From: Pyrinomonadaceae bacterium | GTDB lineage: Bacteria > Acidobacteriota > Blastocatellia > Pyrinomonadales > Pyrinomonadaceae | Length of the DNA: 64,000 nt | Assembly (NCBI GenBank): GCA_036401595.1 | Contig: DASWUM010000020.1 | Span: 4,784-68,783 of the forward strand | Direction of reading: 5' to 3' | In this document: one piece after another, positions 26,016 to 34,549 of the stretch | Layout: each line of letters opens with the position of its first letter | Position numbering within the stretch: position 1 is the first letter of the stretch | Program-made: the position numbers and the translations under genes | Notes under the pieces: model-generated | The model's database searches: none | What the model was told of the DNA's origin: nothing | What the model saw: only the letters and a program-made list of their open reading frames with translations

Positions 26016-26639
26016 TCAATTTCTACAAGGCTGGATGACTGTAGCAGTTGCCGCACCCACCTTTGACGCAATGAATTTATCCACCTCGTCTTCGATCAAT
26101 TCGCCGTTTACGACAAACGCCTTTTCGGTCAGCACGTCACCGGTCGCAGCGAGCTTGGCCGGCTCGAGGAAGATGTTCCACGGCGAGCCCCAGTTTCGCT
26201 TATCACCGGTTAGCTGCCGGTATTTGTAATGCGGCGTCGTCTCTTTGTCTTCGCGTGATTCCGATTCGGAGTAAACCGGATACGGCGGACCATCTTTACC
26301 GAAAAAGCTATTCACATCGTCGATCTTGGCATATTCACTCACGCCGATCACCTGAAAGCCCTGGGCTTTGTACTTGTCGTACAACTTGGCCGCAATCGGA
26401 GCTTCGTTACGCCAGTTACCGCACCACGGAGCGAAGTACACAACCATCACCAGCTTCTTGCCGGCGACAAGTTTGCGCAGTTCTTCTTCTTTGTCTGTAG
26501 TTACATTCGGGAGTGTCCAGTTTTTGTAGTTCACCGTTTGCTCAGTCAGCGGCGAGTATTCGTGGCCAGCCTGCGCACGAGCGATTGACGGTGAAATAAC
26601 GAATGCGAGAACAGCGAGGAGGATTACGAGTTTCTTCAT
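26016..26639 (-). CDS. exported thioredoxin-fold protein (TlpA/redoxin-like) with atypical single-Cys motif WCGNW
   Basis: Signal peptide MKKLVILLAVLAFVISPSIARA. VMVVYFAPWCGNWRNEAP occupies the CxxC position but lacks the second Cys. Confidence 0.65.
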   Translation of the reverse strand: MKKLVILLAVLAFVISPSIARAQAGHEYSPLTEQTVNYKNWTLPNVTTDKEEELRKLVAGKKLVMVVYFAPWCGNWRNEAPIAAKLYDKYKAQGFQVIGVSEYAKIDDVNSFFGKDGPPYPVYSESESREDKETTPHYKYRQLTGDKRNWGSPWNIFLEPAKLAATGDVLTEKAFVVNGELIEDEVDKFIASKVGAATATVIQPCRN

Positions 26640-26666
26640 GGTACTACTCCATCAAACTACTATTGG

Positions 26667-27902
26667 TTAGTTAGCAGCGCTCGCGGTCGCAGGCGTCTCA
26701 GCCAGCAGCGGCTTGACGAGTGCTTCCCACGAGGCTTTGTCACGGGCGCCAATTACCTTCTGACGAATCCGACCCTGGCGATCAATTAGATAAGTGGTCG
26801 GCAAAACCGACTGCGCGAATTTTACCTTGGCATCACTACCACCAAGCAAGACCTGATACTCAAACTTCGCGACTTCCTGCTGGTACGTATTTACACCCGC
26901 GGCATCGTCGTCGAGTGACGCGCCAACAATTTTCAAGCCCTGCGGCTGGAGATCATGCTGCAACGAGTTGAGGGCCGGGATTTCTTCACGGCAGGGAATG
27001 CAATAGGTGGCCCAGAAATTCAGGAGGACGACCTGACCTTGCAATTCTTTCAAACGAAACGGTTGGCCCGCGAGTGTTTGAAACTCGACATCGGGCGCCG
27101 GTTGGAAGTCTGTGGTTGTGCTTGCGGTTGTAGTCTCTTTGACCGGCGGTGGGAACCAGCGGTCTAACAACCCCTCCGCATTCGGGATCCAAGCCACGAC
27201 TTTCCTGCTGGCCAGCAACGTTGACTGGCCACTCATCACAAGCAGGCCCACCAGAATCAACACTACCCCGGAAAAAACTTCAACCTTGTGCAGGTGCCTT
27301 CGGAAACCTTTGTAGAAACTCAGAAACTGATTGATGCTAAGGCCTGTCAACAGAAACGGCACCGCAAGTCCGGCAGAATAAAACGCCGAAAGCACAAGAC
27401 CACTGCGCCAACCGCCGCTCGTTGCTGCGAGACCGATGATGCCGCCGAGTATTGGACCAATGCACGGAGTCCAACCCGCCGCGAACGCCATGCCCAACGC
27501 AGCAGACCCAAAAATGCCGCGCGGCTTATCGTCTGAGAAGAAGCGTGTGTCTTTGTAGAGTGCGGAAATCTTGAGCAGTCCAATCAGTTGCAGACCAAAC
27601 GCGATGATTACGAGACCGCCGATTATTCGCACCCACGGATTGCTCGTGATCGCCGCCCCAACCAATCCCGCCGTCGTACCGAGTATCAGAAAAATAACTG
27701 ACAGCCCGGCGTTGAAGGCGAGCGAGTTGATGATGACAGCGCGCTTGCTGCTGGTTCCCTCTTTAAGGCCGTCGATGCTGACGCCCGAGATCAGTGAGAT
27801 ATAACCCGGCACGAGAGGCAACACGCACGGCGAGAGAAACGAGAGCACTCCCGCGGCAAATGAAATCCCAATCCGAAATAATGTAATGCCCTGACCGTCC
27901 AT
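26667..27902 (-). CDS. cytochrome c biogenesis CcdA/DsbD-type membrane protein fused to a TlpA-like thioredoxin domain
   Basis: The N-terminal multi-TM region carries the paired Cys motifs LSPCVLPLVPGY and WTPCIGPILG. The C-terminal domain has LLNFWATYCIPCREEIP. Confidence 0.85.
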   Translation of the reverse strand: MDGQGITLFRIGISFAAGVLSFLSPCVLPLVPGYISLISGVSIDGLKEGTSSKRAVIINSLAFNAGLSVIFLILGTTAGLVGAAITSNPWVRIIGGLVIIAFGLQLIGLLKISALYKDTRFFSDDKPRGIFGSAALGMAFAAGWTPCIGPILGGIIGLAATSGGWRSGLVLSAFYSAGLAVPFLLTGLSINQFLSFYKGFRRHLHKVEVFSGVVLILVGLLVMSGQSTLLASRKVVAWIPNAEGLLDRWFPPPVKETTTASTTTDFQPAPDVEFQTLAGQPFRLKELQGQVVLLNFWATYCIPCREEIPALNSLQHDLQPQGLKIVGASLDDDAAGVNTYQQEVAKFEYQVLLGGSDAKVKFAQSVLPTTYLIDRQGRIRQKVIGARDKASWEALVKPLLAETPATASAAN

Positions 27903-27906
27903 AAAA

Positions 27907-27927
27907 CTTTTGCGCCTTTTTGTGGCT
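27907..27927. repeat. solo arm of the CACAAAA repeat flavour with GTGGCT cap
   Basis: cttttgcgcctttttgtggct abuts the TAA stop (27927-29) of the upstream minus-strand gene. Confidence 0.65.
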
Positions 27928-29234
27928 TACTTTTCTTCGACGAGCTTCTTAATCAGCTCGCCCAACAACTGAATTTCTTCCTCGCTACCGCCCAGTGAGA
28001 TGTAACGCACGACGCCCTTGCGATCGATCAGGAACGAGGTTGGAATCGAAAACACTCCATAGTTGAACTCGTTCTTGTTCGAGTCTGAAACCAGAAACCC
28101 ATACGGCAGCCGGTTACGCGTCCGGAAATTACGCAGATAAACCAGCTCTTGCTCGGGTGTCAATTCGTGGCTGTCGCCGTGTCCATAGTACTTCGTCACG
28201 CCCAGGATCACGAGTCCTTTGCCCTTGTATTCGTTGTGCCAGCGCGACAGGTTTGGAAGCGTATATCGGCATGGCCCACACCACGTCGCCCAAAAGTCCA
28301 GCAACACCACCTGACCACGCAAATCGCTCAGCTTTACTGGCTGCTGCTCGATCCAGTTGTCTGCCTCAAGCTCGGGCAACGGCGACTTTGCGGAAACTAA
28401 ACTGTCGTCGAAAAGCTGATCCAAATTCAACGCCGGATCAACCCGCGCCAATCGTATCGTCGCATCCTTGTAGAGGTTCGCCGACGGCAACTGAATCGCG
28501 ATGCGTCGCAACTCGATCAGCGCCGCAACTGCCATGTCCTTCTGATTTGTTTTGAGATACGAGTCGGCAAGTAGCACGGTCGACTTCAACAACATCTCAT
28601 CGCGCCGAAAGACTTCGCCGTTTTTCAACTCGACAAACTTCTTCGACGCGTCGAGCATTTGCTTCGCGTGCGCCGTCATCGACGGATAATCCTTCGCACG
28701 CAAATACGCATCGGTGATCAGCAGTTCCATGCGATAACGATCGTCGGCGCTTTGTGGTTGATGGCGAACGTATGCCTCGACTGCGGAGTTTGCTTCGGGA
28801 AGCAGATCTTTCTTAACAGCGTAAAGAACAACCACGTTCCGGGCCGCTTGTGCCTTCTGCCCGTCGGGATCGTCTTTCAAGAGCTGACGCATCGTGGCGA
28901 GGGCTGCGTCAGCATCGCCAGCGAGATGATGAAGCATGCCGAGGTAATACAGGTCATCCGCTTTTAGAGATGAACGCAACTGAAGTGTCGCCGCATTTTT
29001 GACGGCGAGATCGCGCTGCTCTTTTTTTGTAGTGGCTTCGAGCTTTGGATCGTACGGCAGTTTCTGCTTGTTGAATTCCTGGTATTTTCGTCCCAAATAT
29101 CCGTTGGCATCTTCGAAGAGTGCCTGAGCGGAGCGGTTGTCTGCTTTCGAATCCGACTTGCCGTCCGGAGCTAACGCCTGGGCGAACGTCGAGGCGGACA
29201 CGAACAGAACAAGGAATAGAACTCTTAAAATCAT
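27927..29234 (-). CDS. exported TPR-repeat protein fused to a TlpA-family thiol-disulfide oxidoreductase domain
   Basis: Signal peptide, a TPR-like N-terminal half, and C-terminal VVLLDFWATWCGPCRYTLP. Confidence 0.85.
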   Translation of the reverse strand: MILRVLFLVLFVSASTFAQALAPDGKSDSKADNRSAQALFEDANGYLGRKYQEFNKQKLPYDPKLEATTKKEQRDLAVKNAATLQLRSSLKADDLYYLGMLHHLAGDADAALATMRQLLKDDPDGQKAQAARNVVVLYAVKKDLLPEANSAVEAYVRHQPQSADDRYRMELLITDAYLRAKDYPSMTAHAKQMLDASKKFVELKNGEVFRRDEMLLKSTVLLADSYLKTNQKDMAVAALIELRRIAIQLPSANLYKDATIRLARVDPALNLDQLFDDSLVSAKSPLPELEADNWIEQQPVKLSDLRGQVVLLDFWATWCGPCRYTLPNLSRWHNEYKGKGLVILGVTKYYGHGDSHELTPEQELVYLRNFRTRNRLPYGFLVSDSNKNEFNYGVFSIPTSFLIDRKGVVRYISLGGSEEEIQLLGELIKKLVEEK

Positions 29235-30412
29235 CTTAAAACGGTTTGCGAGCTAAAACGATCGGGACTAAAGGGAGCCAATAACGGCGAAGTCGCGCCT
29301 GCCACGATTGCTTCCGTAATCAACTCGGCGGTCAAAGGCGCGAGTAGGATTCCGTTTCGGTAATGCCCGGTTGCATAAAAGAGCCCGTCAATTTCACCAC
29401 AAGCACCCAGCACAGGCAAACCGTCAGCGGGCCGCGGCCGCAGTCCCGCCCAAGTGTCGATGACCGGCAAAGTCGCGACCGCAGGCGAGATTTCGAGGGC
29501 ATTTTGGAGTATTGAGCTGATTCCGCCCGCAGTTATGCGTTTGGCGAAGCCCGCGTTCTCACTTGTGGAGCCGGCAAGCAAACGGCCGTCACGGCGGGGC
29601 ACGAGGTAACCACGCGGACTGTAAATCACGTGTCGCGTTAACTGCGGTTTCGACTCGAGACAGATCATCTGGCCCCGCACCGGTTGCAGCACCGGATCCG
29701 GACAACCGGAGGACCGCAGCAGAAGACTGGACCACGTTCCGGCGGCAACGACGATTGAGTCGCAAGTGATCGTGCCGCGACTTGTCTGCACGCCAGTGAC
29801 TCGGCTTTCATTGCGCCGTTGCGCCGTTGCGGGAGAAATTCTTCGCTCGATCACCAGCGACTCGACATTCGTTTCAGTCAGAATTTCCACACCGAAATGG
29901 CTGACGCTGTTCGCGAGTGCCGCAAGCAAGCGACGATTTTCAACTTGAATGTCGTTCGGGAAGCGCAGCGCGCCAAAGGCAGACTCGGAGATGCAGGGCT
30001 CGAGCTCGCGTGCTTCGGCTGAGGTCAACAACTCGACCTCAAGACCTGCATGCGTCTGCCAGCGGTATCGCTTTTCGATTTCTTCGTGATCGTGTTCGTT
30101 GAGTGCGAGATAGAGTGTGCCGGTGGTGTCGAGCTCAACGTCGACGCCTGTCTCTTCGTGCAGCGCGTGGGCGAACGAAGGATAGAGATCTCGACTCCGG
30201 CAGGCGAGTTTGAAGAAATCGTCTTCAGCGTCGGCTTCGACCTGTGGCAACAGCATACCGGCCGCCGCAAACGATGCTTCCGCGCCGAGTGTGCCGCGCT
30301 CGATCAGACAGACTTCGCGTACGCCGCGCAGCGCCAGTCCGCGCGCGATTGCCAAACCAATAACGCCGCCACCGATGATGACGACGTCTGCACTTCCTTT
30401 GCTATAGGCCAT
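29231..30412 (-). CDS. thiO: glycine oxidase ThiO (FAD-dependent oxidoreductase, DAO family)
   Basis: DVVIIGGGVIGLAIARGLALRG is the FAD dinucleotide fold. C-terminal ATGHYRNGILLAPLTAELI is characteristic of ThiO. Its stop overlaps the next gene's start by 4 nt. Confidence 0.7.
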   Translation of the reverse strand: MAYSKGSADVVIIGGGVIGLAIARGLALRGVREVCLIERGTLGAEASFAAAGMLLPQVEADAEDDFFKLACRSRDLYPSFAHALHEETGVDVELDTTGTLYLALNEHDHEEIEKRYRWQTHAGLEVELLTSAEARELEPCISESAFGALRFPNDIQVENRRLLAALANSVSHFGVEILTETNVESLVIERRISPATAQRRNESRVTGVQTSRGTITCDSIVVAAGTWSSLLLRSSGCPDPVLQPVRGQMICLESKPQLTRHVIYSPRGYLVPRRDGRLLAGSTSENAGFAKRITAGGISSILQNALEISPAVATLPVIDTWAGLRPRPADGLPVLGACGEIDGLFYATGHYRNGILLAPLTAELITEAIVAGATSPLLAPFSPDRFSSQTVLR

Positions 30413-30429
30413 TTGGTTACTATCGAACT

Positions 30430-31428
30430 ATGCATCCTATCACACTGATTCCAGGCGATGGCATTGGCCCCGAAGTCGCCTCCAACGTAGTTAGAATCAT
30501 CGAAGCCTCGGGCGTGGAAGTTCAATGGGAAACCCATTACGCAGGCGCGCAGGCGCTCGAAAAATTCGGCGAAACACTACCGAAGGACCTGCTCGATTCG
30601 ATTATCCGCAACAAGGTCGCGCTCAAGGGACCAATCACGACTCCCGTCGGCAAAGGCTTCACGTCAGTCAACGTCGGTTTGCGTAAGACGCTGGATCTTT
30701 ATGCGAACCTGCGGCCGGTGCGCGCGTTGCCGAACGTGCCATGTCGTTATCCGGAGCTCGATCTCATCGTCGTGCGTGAGAACACGGAGAGTTTGTACGC
30801 GGGATTGGAACACGTCGTGGTGCCGGGCGTCGTCGAGAGTTTGAAGATCATTACGGAGAAAGCATCAACGCGTATTGCGCGCTTCGCTTTCGAGCATGCA
30901 ACGAAGGAGTCGCGGAAGAAAATCACTGCGGTGCACAAAGCGAACATCATGAAGCTGTCGGATGGCTTGTTTCTCGACTGCTTCCGCAAGGTCAGCGTTG
31001 ACTATCCCGATATCATTGCCGACGACAAGATTGTCGACAATGCGTGCATGCAGCTCGTGATGCGGCCGGAACAGTTTGACGTGATGCTGCTCGAGAATCT
31101 TTACGGCGACATCGTTTCGGATCTGTGTGCGGGACTCGTTGGTGGGCTTGGTCTGGTGCCGGGAGCGAATATCGGTGAGAAGGGTGCGGTGTTTGAGGCA
31201 GTGCACGGTTCGGCGCCCGATATCGCGGGGCAGGGCATCGCGAATCCGACGGCGCTGTTGCAATCAGGGATTTTGATGTTGCGCTACATTGGCGAACGCG
31301 AGGCGGCCGATCGAGTTGAGAAGGCGATGCTTACCGTTTTTGAAGAAGGAAAGGTGCGCACACGCGACATCGGCGGAACCGCGAAGACCGCGGAGTTTGC
31401 GGACGCGATTATTCAGAAGATGGTTTAG
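30430..31428 (+). CDS. NAD-dependent isocitrate dehydrogenase (isocitrate/isopropylmalate dehydrogenase family)
   Basis: ITLIPGDGIGPEV and NLYGDIVSDLCAGLVGGLGLVPGANIG closely resemble IDH3-type enzymes. Length is 332 aa. Confidence 0.8.
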   Translation: MHPITLIPGDGIGPEVASNVVRIIEASGVEVQWETHYAGAQALEKFGETLPKDLLDSIIRNKVALKGPITTPVGKGFTSVNVGLRKTLDLYANLRPVRALPNVPCRYPELDLIVVRENTESLYAGLEHVVVPGVVESLKIITEKASTRIARFAFEHATKESRKKITAVHKANIMKLSDGLFLDCFRKVSVDYPDIIADDKIVDNACMQLVMRPEQFDVMLLENLYGDIVSDLCAGLVGGLGLVPGANIGEKGAVFEAVHGSAPDIAGQGIANPTALLQSGILMLRYIGEREAADRVEKAMLTVFEEGKVRTRDIGGTAKTAEFADAIIQKMV

Positions 31429-31459
31429 ATCCGCGTCTTATCCGCGTTCATCCGCGGCT
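31428..31459. repeat. three phased reverse units (ATCCGCG x3) with GCGGCT cap, shared by two convergent gene ends
   Basis: gATCCGCGtcttATCCGCGttcATCCGCGgct. It starts at the last base of the idh TAG stop. It contains the pepP stop (31448-31450) and encodes pepP's last residues, MSRG. Confidence 0.85.
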
Positions 31460-32743
31460 CATTAACTGCTCGATTTCTTCGGCCTGCTTGGGGACTTTGG
31501 TTGTCAAAACCTTCGGCCCGTTGCTCGTGCAGAGCACGTCATCCTCGATCCGTACACCAATCCCAAGATACTGTTCCGGGACATCCTTGCTATCCGGTGA
31601 AATATAGATCCCGGGCTCGACAGTCATCACGACTCCAGGTTCGAGCGCGCGTGACTCCTTGCCGAAGTAGTAACGTCCGACATCATGCACGTCGATGCCA
31701 AGCATGTGCCCCAGACCGTGCATGTAAAACTTCTCGTACTTCTTCTCTTTGATCAGCTCGTCCGTCTTGCCTTGCAGCAATCCCAGCTCGACCATGCCCT
31801 CGGTCAACACCTCGATCGAATGCTGTTTCAACTGGTCGTGCGTGACGCCCGGCCGCACCATCTCGACACACGAAATCTGCGCTTTCAACACGAGGTCGTA
31901 GACTTCACGCTGCGGCTTTGTGTAGCGACCGTTGATCGGAAAAGTACGCGTGATATCGGAAGCGTAACCCTTGTACTCCGCACCCGCATCGACCAGTAAC
32001 AACTCCCCGTCGCGCAGTTGGCCATCGTTGTTGATGTAATGAAGCACCGTCGCATTTGGACCACCACCGATGATCGACGTGTATGCCGGACCAGCCGCAC
32101 CGTGACGACGGAAGACCTGCTCGATCAACGCCTCGAGTTCGTACTCCTGCATACCCGGCCGCACTGCCTTCATCGCTTCACAGTGAGCTTCGGCAGCGAT
32201 GTCGGCCGCGGTCTGCATGATCTCCAGCTCGTCAGCGCTCTTTAGCACGCGCATCTCGTGGACGATCGTTGCCGGATCGATAATCGTTTGCGGTGGATTG
32301 ACAGGCTTGCGATTCAGCGAGCGCATGCGCGCGATCTCGTTGATGATCCGGTTGTCGAGATCCTGGTCCACACCGAGACGGTAATAAAGCACGTCGGCGC
32401 CATCGAGAAAGTCAGTCAGCTTCGACCCAAACTCTTCAATCGGAAAGGCATCCTCGGCCCCAAACTCACTCTTCGCGCCATCAACACCGGCGCGCCGTCC
32501 GTCCCAAATCTCTCGCTCCGGATCTCTTGGACGCACAAACAACGTGTATTTCTTGTCGCCGTCCAGTTTGATAACGGCGAGCGCATCCGGCTCTTCAAAG
32601 CCGGTCAGGTAGAAAAAGTCTGAGTCCTGACGAAAGCGATAGTGGGTGTCGTTTGAGCGGCGGGTGTCGTGCGCGCCCGGAATAATCGCGACAGACTTCG
32701 GCGCCATGCGCCGCAGAAACTCCTTGAGCTGTGGTCTGATCAT
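31448..32743 (-). CDS. pepP: Xaa-Pro aminopeptidase (M24B)
   Basis: LVDAGAEYKGYASDITRTF, HGLGHMLGIDVHD and MTVEPGIY are M24B metal-site motifs. I start the gene at MIRPQLKEFL (cat at 32741-32743, RBS ggagag). The track N-terminus (FATFVPFCG) is read-through of a repeat. Confidence 0.85.
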   Translation of the reverse strand: MIRPQLKEFLRRMAPKSVAIIPGAHDTRRSNDTHYRFRQDSDFFYLTGFEEPDALAVIKLDGDKKYTLFVRPRDPEREIWDGRRAGVDGAKSEFGAEDAFPIEEFGSKLTDFLDGADVLYYRLGVDQDLDNRIINEIARMRSLNRKPVNPPQTIIDPATIVHEMRVLKSADELEIMQTAADIAAEAHCEAMKAVRPGMQEYELEALIEQVFRRHGAAGPAYTSIIGGGPNATVLHYINNDGQLRDGELLLVDAGAEYKGYASDITRTFPINGRYTKPQREVYDLVLKAQISCVEMVRPGVTHDQLKQHSIEVLTEGMVELGLLQGKTDELIKEKKYEKFYMHGLGHMLGIDVHDVGRYYFGKESRALEPGVVMTVEPGIYISPDSKDVPEQYLGIGVRIEDDVLCTSNGPKVLTTKVPKQAEEIEQLMSRG

Positions 32744-32758
32744 TAAAAGCCTCTCCTT

Positions 32759-32787
32759 GCCACAAAAAGGCACAAAAGTCGCAAAAG
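32759..32787. repeat. CACAAAA-flavour phased repeat with GCCAC cap
   Basis: gCCACAAAAAgg CACAAAAgt CGCAAAAg lies in the divergent region between pepP and the aldehyde dehydrogenase gene. Confidence 0.75.
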
Positions 32788-32844
32788 ATTGGGATTTGCA
32801 TTGTACCCGACCGGTCAACAGATAGATAATCAGTCGACAGACCA

Positions 32845-34431
32845 ATGAGCACGCAAACGCTTCCAGCTACACAAACACGCGAGATTGCTTCCGTCGATCC
32901 TTCGACGGGCAAAGAGAACGGACGTGGTCCTTTAATGGATGCCGGCGACGTGGCGGCAGCAGTTAGCAGAGGCCGGGCGGCACAGCCTGCGTGGTCCAAA
33001 CTTTCGTATCGAGAGCGCGGTCGCTTCATTCTGCGCGCTCGTGAAATTGTCCTGAACCAACTCGAAGAGATCGCGAAATTGATCTCACGCGAAACGGGCA
33101 AGCCTGTTACTGAAGCAATCGCAATGGAGATCGTTCCCACGCTCGATCTCATGCATTACTTCGCCACCAATACAAAGAAACTGCTCGATCGCAGTCGCAT
33201 CGGTCTGGGCCAGTACAATTTCATGGCCCGTTCATCCTACATCGTTTACAAACCTCTCGGAGTTGTCGGCATCATTTCGCCGTGGAACTTCCCATGGGCC
33301 ACACCGCTCGACGAAGTCGTGATGGCGCTCATGGCCGGCAATGCTGTCGTCGTGAAGCCGAGTGAGTTTACGCCACTCACCGCGCTGAAGATTGAAAACG
33401 TCTTCAAGCAGGCTCAACTACCGGAGGATCTGGTCCAGGTCGTCACCGGCGACGGTTCAACGGGCGCCGCGCTCGTCGAGGCCGGTGTCAACAAAGTCAT
33501 GTTCACCGGCAGCGTCAACACCGGTAAGCGCGTCGCGGAAGCAGCGGCAAAACATCTGACTCCGGTGGTGCTCGAACTCGGCGGCAAGGATCCGATGGTC
33601 GTGCTCGAAGATGCGAATCTTGAAAACGCAGCCCGCGCCGCGATCTGGGGCGCGTTCTGCAATTCCGGACAGGCGTGTGCGTCGATCGAACGTTGCTACG
33701 TGCATGAATCGATCGCCGGCAAGTTCACCGAACTCGTCGTTAAAGAGACGCGACTGCTCAAACAAGACAAAGCCTCGACCGATGCGATCGACATCGGCGC
33801 AATGACTAATGAAAAACAGTTGCTGATCGTCGAAGATCACGTCGCCGACGCCGTCGCGCGTGGCGCGAACGTGCGCACAGGCGGCCATCGTTTGAATGGC
33901 ACTGGCGGTTGGTTTCACGAACCAACGGTTCTGACCGGCGTGGACCAGTCGATGAAAGTGATGCGTGACGAGACGTTTGGTCCCGTCCTGCCGATCATGA
34001 CGTTCAAGACCGATGAAGAGGCAGTTCGCCTGGCAAACGACAGTATTTACGGTTTGACCGCAAGCGTCTTCACCAGCGACATCGGACGTGGAAAACGGCT
34101 GGCCGAACTGATCGACGCCGGTACGGTGATGGTCAACGAAGTTGTCTACACCCACGCCGTAGCGCAAACGCCATGGGGCGGCGTCAAGCAGAGCGGTTAT
34201 GGGCGCACGCACGGCCGGCTGGGACTACTCGAACTCGTCAGCGCACAGCACATTCACGTCTACTCGATGCCGCGCCTCGCAGACGTCTGGTGGTTTCCCT
34301 ACTCGAAACAGGCCGGCGTGATGTTTCGTGACTTCGCCCGGCGCTTTACGACCGGCTCACTTCTCCAAACATCGTTGCTCTTACCTCAGATAATTCGACG
34401 TCTTTTCGAGCCCCGAACCCCTCGAAAATAA
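32845..34431 (+). CDS. aldehyde dehydrogenase family protein
   Basis: PWNFPW, VVLELGGKDP and FCNSGQACASIER (catalytic Cys) are canonical ALDH motifs. Confidence 0.9.
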   Translation: MSTQTLPATQTREIASVDPSTGKENGRGPLMDAGDVAAAVSRGRAAQPAWSKLSYRERGRFILRAREIVLNQLEEIAKLISRETGKPVTEAIAMEIVPTLDLMHYFATNTKKLLDRSRIGLGQYNFMARSSYIVYKPLGVVGIISPWNFPWATPLDEVVMALMAGNAVVVKPSEFTPLTALKIENVFKQAQLPEDLVQVVTGDGSTGAALVEAGVNKVMFTGSVNTGKRVAEAAAKHLTPVVLELGGKDPMVVLEDANLENAARAAIWGAFCNSGQACASIERCYVHESIAGKFTELVVKETRLLKQDKASTDAIDIGAMTNEKQLLIVEDHVADAVARGANVRTGGHRLNGTGGWFHEPTVLTGVDQSMKVMRDETFGPVLPIMTFKTDEEAVRLANDSIYGLTASVFTSDIGRGKRLAELIDAGTVMVNEVVYTHAVAQTPWGGVKQSGYGRTHGRLGLLELVSAQHIHVYSMPRLADVWWFPYSKQAGVMFRDFARRFTTGSLLQTSLLLPQIIRRLFEPRTPRK

Positions 34432-34549
34432 GTCCACGGCTAACAACTATTCCCGATAGTATTCCGAACGTCGATGGTGCTATACTGCGGCTCCTCCCAT
34501 ACTACCGCGATTCGTAACCCACTTTAGCCCTGTGATTCGGAGGATTTCC

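Noticed and set aside
30413-30429. A TPP riboswitch upstream of thiO.
   Set aside because: Only 17 nt separate thiO from the divergently transcribed idh start, so there is no room for a roughly 100-nt THI element.
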